Of a stretch of 42,507 bases of DNA, positions 8,881 through 15,862 are shown piece by piece. The position numbers and the translations under genes were made by a program. Source of the DNA: Bacteroidota bacterium (GTDB taxonomy: Bacteria > Bacteroidota > Bacteroidia > Bacteroidales > CG2-30-32-10); NCBI GenBank assembly GCA_043801235.1, contig JAZDMF010000122.1, forward strand, positions 1 to 42,507, read 5' to 3'. Every line of letters begins with the position of its first letter. Position 1 is the first letter of the stretch. Under the pieces are notes generated by a model. The model did not search any database and was not told the origin of the DNA. It saw nothing but the letters and a program-made list of their open reading frames with translations.

Positions 8881-9053
8881 TATACTGTAAACGGTTAAAA
8901 ATTTAACTTTTTGTTGAATAAAAATGCTGAATTGTTTTATTGTTAAATTGTTAAAAATTAACCAACAACAGTATGTATAAAGAATGAAAACAACAATTAA
9001 ACAATTTTAACCTGTCTGCCGACAAGGCAGGCAATATAGCCATTTAAAGTATA
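8881..9053. repeat. MITE-like intergenic element, copy 1 (second copy at 28236-28459)
   Basis: The 5' module TGTAAACGGTTAAAAATTTAACTTTTTGTTGAATAAAAATGCTGAATT (8886-8933) and the 3' module AGCCATTTAAAGTATA (9038-9053) both recur at 28236-28283 and 28444-28459. The ends are inverted repeats of each other (TATACTGTAAACGG / CCATTTAAAGTATA). Confidence 0.7.
9013..9033. repeat. GCCTGCC-type mini-palindrome (intergenic copy nested in the MITE-like element)
   Basis: TGTCTGCC (9013-9020) pairs with GGCAGGCA (9026-9033) with one transition. It lies inside a 29-nt segment (9013-9041) that is absent from the otherwise matching 3' module of the copy at 28436-28459. Confidence 0.75.
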
Positions 9054-9066
9054 TATATGATTTAAT

Positions 9067-9164
9067 CATTTTGTGAAATTTTGTGTTTTAGTGATTTTGT
9101 GGCGTTTTTCTTGCCACCAAAACACTAAAGCACAAACCTGCTTTCCGGCAGATATCACAAAAAT
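9067..9164. repeat. Long intergenic hairpin built from TTTTGTG / CACAAAA words (possible terminator of the exporter gene)
   Basis: The left arm 9067-9103 (CATTTTGTGAAATTTTGTGTTTTAGTGATTTTGTGGC) pairs collinearly with 9113-9164 (GCCACCAAAACACTAAAGCACAAA...ATCACAAAAAT). It lies just 3' of the minus-strand gene ending at 9219. Confidence 0.65.
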
Positions 9165-9218
9165 ATTATTTATCTATTATACAATCTATATTAATGCAGA
9201 CTTTTATTTTTACCAAAA

Positions 9219-11627
9219 CTATTTTTCATTTTTTTCTTCAGTCAGAATATCCTCAGCTGTTTTTTCGCTGTTATCATCCGAAACATCAACATCATAAATT
9301 TCAAGAATAGGCTGTTTAAACGATCTTGTTGTTATCATTTTGTCAAGCGTCAATATCAATGACGGAAGTACAATGATGTTAAAGAAGAGGGCAATGAATA
9401 AAGTGATGGAAATAAGCATGCCCAAGGCTTGTGTTCCGCCGAATCCTGAAACCATGAATATTCCAAAGCCAAGCACCAGAACTATCGATGCATAGATCAT
9501 GCTTATTCCTGTTTCGTTCAAAGCATTCGAAACGGAAAGCCGTATGTTCCCTGCATTCAGCTTAAGCTCATGCCTGTATTTCGACAAAAACAACAGGGCG
9601 TTGTCGATTGAAATTCCCAGCGCAACACTAAAAACAATCAAGGTTGATGGTTTAACGGGTATGCCTCCATACCCCATTATTGCCGCGGTAACAAGCAACG
9701 GGATAAGGTTGCATATCATGGCAATAATCACCATTCTGTATGAAGTGAACACAATGGCTACCAAAATTGAAATAATAAGAATTCCGATAAGCAGGCTTTC
9801 AATAAGATTATTGATAAGAAAATCGGTTCCTTTTGTGTATACAACACTATTGCCTGTAATGGTTACATCAAATTTTTCGGGATTGAAAATGGAATCGATT
9901 TTTGGCCTCAGTTTGGCTTCAATCAGTTTCATTTCCTTAGTACCTACGTCGGCCATCTGCACGCTAATGCGTGTATAGCGTTTTGTACTGTCAAGAAAGG
10001 AATGCATCAGATTTTTTTTACCTTTTACATTTGCAGGAAGATACGATAAAATAAAATCTTTTTCCATGTTATTGGGAATGCTGTAGAATGATGAGTCGCC
10101 ATTGTAAAAAGCCTGCTTGGCAAATTTAACAAATTCTGCCAGCGACAGGGCTTTGGAAAACTGCGGAAAACTATCGAGTTCCTTCTGAAGTTTATTTATT
10201 TTATTGATGGTCGACAACTTCATCACCCCGTTTTTCTTTTTCGTATCAATGGATATTTCAAAAGGCATCACCCCGTTGAAATTCTTTTCAAAAAATTTCA
10301 GATCGACATATATAGGATCGGAAGCTTTGATATCGTCAACAACTTTTCCGGAAGTTTTCATGCGTGTTACACCGTAAATACATATGATGACAAAAAGCAA
10401 AGTAACAATATACACTATGCCTCTTCTGTCGAAAATCAGGATTTTTATAGATTCTATTATTTTATTTACCTTTTTGTTTTCCAGATGTACAACATGCTTT
10501 TCCTTCGGAGGGGCCATGTAGCTGAAGATAATAGGAATTAAGGCAAGCGACACCAGATACTCTATCATTACATTGATTGATGCCACTATTCCAAATTCAC
10601 GAAGCATGGCGTTTGAAGTGAAAATGAAGGCGGCAAATCCTGTGGCAGAGGTTAAATTGGTCATCAGCGTGGCAAATCCGATACGCTTCACTACGTTTGA
10701 CAAAGCCTTGATTTTATTGCCATGCAGCCTGTATTCCCAGTGGTACTTATTAATCAGATAAATACAATTTTCAATGGCAATAATGGTAATCAGCGATGGG
10801 ATAACCCCGGTAAGGATAGTTATTTTGTAATCAAATAACGAAAGTGTTCCGAGGCTCCAGATAATACTGATAACCACAATGATCAATGATAAAAAAAAGA
10901 CCTTGGCCGATTTAAAGAAAAGTATAATTATTAATGCGGCAATCATTAATGAAAGAATGATGAAAAGAAAAAGTTCCGATTTGATTTTCTGTGTTGTTAT
11001 TGTTCTTATGTATGGAAGGCCGGAATAATGCACTTCGCTGCCTGTTTTTTCCTTGTAACTTTCAATGAGTGATTTAATATCCGAAATCATTCCCTCGCGG
11101 CTCTTGTCGTTGATTTTATTTTTATCAAGGGTTATGGCAAGCAAAAAAGCATCCTTCTCTTTATTATACAGCAGTCCGTCATAAAAAGGCAGGGAGAAAA
11201 TCAAATTGCGGATGCTGTCCACTCCGGCCTGGGTAGCCGGTTTTACAGGAGAAACCTGGTTGAAATCAAATTTTTCCTGAACCGTGTCTTTATAAATGTT
11301 CAGGACGCGTGTTATTGAAACCACTTCTTCAACGCCTTCCTTTTTCTTTATCTCACTGCATAAATCGTGCAGCGCCCGGAACTGCGACAGTTCAAAAATT
11401 TTACAGTTTTTTATTCCCACAGCAAACACATTCCCGTCTTCCCCAAACCTGTTTTTGAAAATATCATACTTGATGGATGTCGAATCGCCGGAGGAAAGCA
11501 TGCGCGGTAATTCATAAGACAACTCTACGTTCAATGCGTTATAGGCCATAAAGCCCGTCAGAAGAGCAATAACCACAATTATCCCCGGCCTGTTTCTTAA
11601 TATTAATCTGACAAGTACTGTCCACAT
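9219..11627 (-). CDS. RND-superfamily exporter (MMPL / sterol-sensing-domain type)
   Basis: The protein has two blocks of about 6 hydrophobic helices, each preceded by a large soluble loop, which is the typical MMPL/HpnN-like topology. The probable start is ATG 11627 (MWTVLVRLILRNRPG) rather than the ORF-track start at 11687. Confidence 0.75.
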   Translation of the reverse strand: MWTVLVRLILRNRPGIIVVIALLTGFMAYNALNVELSYELPRMLSSGDSTSIKYDIFKNRFGEDGNVFAVGIKNCKIFELSQFRALHDLCSEIKKKEGVEEVVSITRVLNIYKDTVQEKFDFNQVSPVKPATQAGVDSIRNLIFSLPFYDGLLYNKEKDAFLLAITLDKNKINDKSREGMISDIKSLIESYKEKTGSEVHYSGLPYIRTITTQKIKSELFLFIILSLMIAALIIILFFKSAKVFFLSLIIVVISIIWSLGTLSLFDYKITILTGVIPSLITIIAIENCIYLINKYHWEYRLHGNKIKALSNVVKRIGFATLMTNLTSATGFAAFIFTSNAMLREFGIVASINVMIEYLVSLALIPIIFSYMAPPKEKHVVHLENKKVNKIIESIKILIFDRRGIVYIVTLLFVIICIYGVTRMKTSGKVVDDIKASDPIYVDLKFFEKNFNGVMPFEISIDTKKKNGVMKLSTINKINKLQKELDSFPQFSKALSLAEFVKFAKQAFYNGDSSFYSIPNNMEKDFILSYLPANVKGKKNLMHSFLDSTKRYTRISVQMADVGTKEMKLIEAKLRPKIDSIFNPEKFDVTITGNSVVYTKGTDFLINNLIESLLIGILIISILVAIVFTSYRMVIIAMICNLIPLLVTAAIMGYGGIPVKPSTLIVFSVALGISIDNALLFLSKYRHELKLNAGNIRLSVSNALNETGISMIYASIVLVLGFGIFMVSGFGGTQALGMLISITLFIALFFNIIVLPSLILTLDKMITTRSFKQPILEIYDVDVSDDNSEKTAEDILTEEKNEK

Positions 11628-11811
11628 CGTGTTCTGCCCTTTCTGAAGAAAATCAAATATAAAGGGCATCAAAATTAACACATTCATTTGTAAAAGAAAA
11701 ATGATACCCTCTTTTTAATCCTAATATTTTGTGTTTCTGTCGGTTTCCCTCCAAGTGTATGTTTTGGCTTAATCTTTGTTTTAGGTCAAATGCAACTTTA
11801 TACATAAAGCC

Positions 11812-12975
11812 ATGAAAAAGATTTTTACCCTTCTCGTTATAACAGCAATCATCGCATCGGGTTGCGTTTCTTCCGGAAAGCTGATGCAGAAAGGCCGTTA
11901 CGACCAGGCTATAAACAAATCAGTAAAAAAATTGCTGAAAAACCCTGAAAAAGTAAAAGAGTTAACTGTTCTGGCCAGCTCTTACAAACTTGCCAACCAG
12001 AAAGACCTTGACAATATTACATTCCTGAAAAAAACCGGTGAACCCGACATATGGGATAAAATTTTTGCCACCTACAGCACAATGAAAATAAGGCAGGAAA
12101 AAGTCAAGGTGCTTTCGGATGATATTCTCGGTAAAATGGGTTTTGAATATGTAAACTACGATAACAATATAATTGAAGCCAAAAAGAAAGCTGCCGAATA
12201 TTTTTATGTTCATGCTCAGTCGCTGCTTGCCCTGAATGACCGTGATAATGCGCGCAAAGCATATTATGAGCTGGAAAAAGTAAAAAGTTATTATGCTTCG
12301 TACAGAGACTGTGATTCGCTTGTTTCCGTTGCGCTGGAACAGGGAACAGCTTATGTTCTTTTTAAAATGCAGAACGCAACAACCCTGCTCCTTCCGGCCG
12401 ATTTTGAATCGCTTCTCACAAAAATATCAATGGCCGACCTGGATCAATTATGGATAAGTTACGATACCCGGCAGGTGGAAGGGCGCAATTACGCCTATGT
12501 AATACTGATGAACATAAAAGCAATCGATGTTTCACCCGAATACATAAAAGAAATTCAGTATACCGAATCGAAAGAAGTACAGGATGGTTATACTTACCTG
12601 CTCGACTCGCTGGGCAATGTTATGCACGACAGTCTGGGCAACGATATAAAAATACCAAAATATAAAACCATATCATGCATAGTTACCGAAACACAGCAAA
12701 AGAAAACAGCTATCGTTAGCGGAACCCTTGATTACCTGAGCGCAGAAACCGAAGACCTGATTAAAACCGATCCTGTTACTGCTGAAACCTGTTTTGAAAA
12801 TTATTTTGCCAGAGCCAATGGCGATCTTGATGCTCTTTCGGATGAAACCAAAAAGAAGATTGGCAACAGCTATGTTCCTTTTCCATCCAACCCGGGAATG
12901 ATTTTGCTGGCCGGCGAGGTACTGAAAGATATGGTAAAGGATATTGTCTGGAAATACAAATCCCTGCTATCATAA
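11812..12975 (+). CDS. Hypothetical lipoprotein
   Basis: This 387-aa ORF has a signal peptide plus a lipobox-like IASGC (MKKIFTLLVITAIIASGCVSSG). I recognised no catalytic motif. Confidence 0.6.
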   Translation: MKKIFTLLVITAIIASGCVSSGKLMQKGRYDQAINKSVKKLLKNPEKVKELTVLASSYKLANQKDLDNITFLKKTGEPDIWDKIFATYSTMKIRQEKVKVLSDDILGKMGFEYVNYDNNIIEAKKKAAEYFYVHAQSLLALNDRDNARKAYYELEKVKSYYASYRDCDSLVSVALEQGTAYVLFKMQNATTLLLPADFESLLTKISMADLDQLWISYDTRQVEGRNYAYVILMNIKAIDVSPEYIKEIQYTESKEVQDGYTYLLDSLGNVMHDSLGNDIKIPKYKTISCIVTETQQKKTAIVSGTLDYLSAETEDLIKTDPVTAETCFENYFARANGDLDALSDETKKKIGNSYVPFPSNPGMILLAGEVLKDMVKDIVWKYKSLLS

Positions 12976-12980
12976 AAAAG

Positions 12981-13010
12981 AGGCTGTCTCAAAAGGACAG
13001 CCTTTTTTAT
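12981..13010 (+). terminator. Rho-independent terminator of the lipoprotein gene
   Basis: The stem GGCTGTC (12982-12988) pairs with GACAGCC (12996-13002) around a 7-nt loop. A T6 run follows at 13003-13008. The stem begins 7 nt after the stop codon (12973-12975). Confidence 0.85.
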
Positions 13011-13090
13011 TTGATCTGATCCATCAAAAACACTAACAGTATTATACAAGAAAAGGGATAAAACCTGACTTTTATTAAGTCCCAAATTTC

Positions 13091-13150
13091 AAACTACAAG
13101 CCCCAAATTCAGAGAAGACCAGAAGCATAATCCTTTGGGGCTTGGAGTTT
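13091..13150. repeat. 17-bp-stem hairpin between convergent genes (possible terminator)
   Basis: AAACTACAAGCCCCAAA (13091-13107) pairs with TTTGGGGCTTGGAGTTT (13134-13150) with one mismatch and a 26-nt loop. Confidence 0.7.
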
Positions 13151-13193
13151 AGGCCTTTTATTTAATTATCCTGTTCACAGAATATACAGATCG

Positions 13194-14156
13194 TTAAATC
13201 AAATTATTCCTTATAGCATACATAACCAGATCGGCGGTATTTTTCACGCCTGTTTTATTGAGAAGGTTCGCCCTGTGCGTTTCGATGGTTCTCTTGCTGC
13301 GTTCAAGCTGCTGCGATATTTCCGCATTTGAAAGACCCTGACAAACCATGGAAAGAATTTTTATTTCCTTTTTTGACAATGATTCTGCACTTATGTCTTT
13401 TTCATCGGAAAATACTGATTTATTTTTCGTATTGTTGCATTCTGCCATATTTCCTATCAGCGAATCAGAGCCCTTATAATTTACCATGCCTGCATACAAT
13501 TCAACCGAAATTTTTTTGTTGTCTTTATGAAACGACTGAAATTTCACATGAACGGTATTTTGAATTTTATTCAAACACCTCTGAATTTTTTCAAGGGCAT
13601 AATCTTTATCGCTTCCGGTAACAAGCTTTTCAAAAGTCAGGGTCAATAAATCTTCGCGGGTCAATCCGAATATTTTTGAGCAGGCATCATTTACGAACTC
13701 GAATTTATTTTTACAATAAATAAATGCGCCGGTAAGAGGGTTATCAATAAGTGCATAGAATTTTTCATCATTTCTTTGCTGGATCTTTTCAAATTTATCC
13801 AAACGTGTTTTTATTGAAATCAAAAGTTCGTTGTAATCAAAAGGTTTGGTAATATAATCATCGGCCCCCAGTTGCATACCTGTTCTCATATCCTCTTTTT
13901 CAGCCTTGGCCGTTAGAAAAATCAGCGGGATGGTTGAAGTGGCCTTTATTTGCTGTATGGTTTTATAAAAATCATAACCATTCATGCGGGGCATCATAAT
14001 GTCGCATAAAATAAGGTCAGGCAGATGGTTCATTGCAAGCTGCAGCCCGATAAGCCCGTCTTCGGCCAAAAGAACATCGTATCCTTCTTCCTTAAGCAAA
14101 TCGCAGGTGTTTTCCCTTAAGGTTTTGTCGTCTTCAATAATCAAGATAGTTTTCAT
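13194..14156 (-). CDS. Response regulator, REC - PAS - LuxR-type HTH
   Basis: The REC domain is visible (LLAEDG..., phospho-acceptor context LILCDIMMP, ITKP). A central PAS-like segment follows, then a C-terminal LuxR/FixJ HTH (LSKKEIKILSMVCQGLSNAEISQQLERSKRTIETHRANLLNK). It is a paralogue of 14796-15773. Confidence 0.85.
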   Translation of the reverse strand: MKTILIIEDDKTLRENTCDLLKEEGYDVLLAEDGLIGLQLAMNHLPDLILCDIMMPRMNGYDFYKTIQQIKATSTIPLIFLTAKAEKEDMRTGMQLGADDYITKPFDYNELLISIKTRLDKFEKIQQRNDEKFYALIDNPLTGAFIYCKNKFEFVNDACSKIFGLTREDLLTLTFEKLVTGSDKDYALEKIQRCLNKIQNTVHVKFQSFHKDNKKISVELYAGMVNYKGSDSLIGNMAECNNTKNKSVFSDEKDISAESLSKKEIKILSMVCQGLSNAEISQQLERSKRTIETHRANLLNKTGVKNTADLVMYAIRNNLI

Positions 14157-14210
14157 AAGTCGTAGAAGTTAAAGTTATTAATGAGGGCATAAAATAGTTT
14201 GCCTCCCGCC

Positions 14211-14286
14211 ATGCTTCGATAGATTCAGCATGACGCTCTCGCGCTTGGTCACCTTGAGAAATGTCACACTAAGCCTGTCGAAGTGT
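14211..14286. repeat. Imperfect hairpin of the widespread type that translates as ...VTLSLSK...
   Basis: ATGCTTCGATAGATTCAGCATGAC (14211-14234) opposes GTCACACTAAGCCTGTCGAAGTGT (14263-14286). 15 of 24 positions are complementary and every mismatch is a transition. It sits inside a larger unit bounded by TTATTAATG (14176-14184) and CATTAATAA (14333-14341). Confidence 0.6.
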
Positions 14287-14632
14287 AAGCGAAAGGTAAG
14301 CGTGCATTTAAAAAGCCAAAATTTACCGCTCCCATTAATAATAGTTTAATGTATCGTTAGATGTAATTCGTTTGTTCAACTGTTCTATTGTCAGATTGTT
14401 CATTTGTTTCAGCCAGACTTCGGCGTGAGCTCAATCGAACGCCGGCGGATTCGTTCGTTTGTTTTGTTCCCATTGTGATGGCAGTGCAATAAACAATCAA
14501 AACCTGCCTGCAGAAACAAAATTAGCCTCATCAGAACCGTTACACGTCAGCAAAATTGCTTAATTTTATTTTTATTTTTTATGGGAGAATAGGTAATTTT
14601 ACTTACAGGTATAAAACTAATAAATTTTATTT

Positions 14633-14759
14633 ATGGGCATCTCGAAAATCTTTAAATCTCTTCGTTCGACTTCGTTTTGCAATTCCTCATGTACAATAGG
14701 TACACTGCGGATTACAAAACTTTGTCTGCCTCGATATTTTTTGTTTTTCAAGATGCCAT
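14633..14759. repeat. About 125-nt long imperfect hairpin
   Basis: The outer stem is ATGGGCATCTCGAAAA (14633-14648) with TTTTTCAAGATGCCAT (14744-14759). The inner stem is GTTTTGCAATTCCTCATGTAC (14674-14694) with GTACACTGCGGATTACAAAAC (14700-14720), which has four mismatches and two G:T wobbles, around a 5-nt loop. Confidence 0.65.
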
Positions 14760-14795
14760 ATACGTTTTTCAGAGACGCTCTTATGCCAAAGTTTG

Positions 14796-15773
14796 CTAAT
14801 CGACAGTGATTATTTTTTTCCGGAGAGCATACAGAACAAGCCCGGCAGTATTTTTAGCTTCTGTTTTATTGAGCAGGCTGGCGCGGTGAGAATCCACTGT
14901 TCGCAAGCTGATATGGCTGGCATCGGCAATTTCGGCCGTAGAGAGCCCTATACTAACCAGTTTCAGTATTTCAATTTCCCTCTTTGATAATTTATCGGTA
15001 TTATCTGAAACACCGAAAACTGTTTTTTTGTTTTCTTTTTCAGTTATGTCAACAGCATTTCCTACGAGTGCCGGAACACCTTTGAAACTGATTAAATTTG
15101 CATAAATTTCAACATACAGTTTTTTTTGAACATCTTTGTGAAAAGCCTCGAACTCAACCTGCACACATTCATGAATACCCTTCAAGCCTCTTCGTATTTT
15201 TTCTAAAACATGTTCTACCGATTCGTTTGCAATAATATCGGCAAAGCCCATATTTTCAAAATCATGTACGTCCAGTCCGAACATTTTCGAAAATGTACTG
15301 TTCACGTACTGAAATTTATTTTCGCAGTAAATAAAAACACCGAGCAGGGGGTTATCTATCAGGGCATAGAATTTTTCATCGTACGCTTTTTGAAAACGTT
15401 CCTGTTTTTCGAGCCGTATCCTTACGGTCTGAAGCAGTTCATTCAGGTCGAAAGGTTTTGTGATATAATCATCCGCGCCCAGCTGCATTCCGGTGCGCAT
15501 ATCTTCTTTTTCGCTTTTTGCAGTAATAAAAATAAACGGAATGGCCGATGTTGTTTTTATTTGCTGAAGGGTTTTAAATAATTCAAGGCCGTTCATTCCC
15601 GGCATCATGATATCGCAAAGTATCAGGTCGGGTATCCGGCTCATGGCCGATTGTACTCCTGTTATGCCATCGGCTGCAACGGATACACAGTAACCTTCTT
15701 CATTAAGAAAATCGGTCATGTTTTCACGTAATGTGATATCATCTTCAATGATAAGGATGTTTTTCTTTTTCAT
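14796..15773 (-). CDS. Response regulator, REC - PAS - LuxR-type HTH (paralogue)
   Basis: The architecture matches 13194-14156, with LILCDIMMPGMNG, ITKPFDLNELL and the C-terminal HTH LSKREIEILKLVSIGLSTAEIADASHISLRTVDSHRASLLNK. Confidence 0.85.
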   Translation of the reverse strand: MKKKNILIIEDDITLRENMTDFLNEEGYCVSVAADGITGVQSAMSRIPDLILCDIMMPGMNGLELFKTLQQIKTTSAIPFIFITAKSEKEDMRTGMQLGADDYITKPFDLNELLQTVRIRLEKQERFQKAYDEKFYALIDNPLLGVFIYCENKFQYVNSTFSKMFGLDVHDFENMGFADIIANESVEHVLEKIRRGLKGIHECVQVEFEAFHKDVQKKLYVEIYANLISFKGVPALVGNAVDITEKENKKTVFGVSDNTDKLSKREIEILKLVSIGLSTAEIADASHISLRTVDSHRASLLNKTEAKNTAGLVLYALRKKIITVD

Positions 15774-15798
15774 TTTTTATCGGATTAACTGTAAAATT

Positions 15799-15826
15799 GC
15801 TGGTTGCTGGTTACTGGTTGCTGGCT
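15799..15826. repeat. Tandem heptamer array GCTGGTT x4
   Basis: GCTGGTT GCTGGTT ACTGGTT GCTGGCT are read directly at 15799-15826. TTCGTTTGTTCG (15831-15842) and TTCGATTGTTTGTTGC (15847-15862) follow. I saw no complementary partner array nearby. Confidence 0.85.
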
Positions 15827-15862
15827 AAATTTCGTTTGTTCGGGTATTCGATTGTTTGTTGC

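Noticed and set aside
9073-9297. A 74-aa plus-strand ORF downstream of the exporter gene
   Set aside because: It is composed of the TTTTGTG word hairpin (9067-9164) and then overlaps the exporter 3' end.
15799-15826. A CRISPR-like or iteron reading of the short tandem word arrays (also 25853-25880 and the cassette flanks)
   Set aside because: The units are 7 nt with 0-3-nt spacers, far below CRISPR repeat and spacer sizes. There are no cas genes in the window. I kept them as repeats only.
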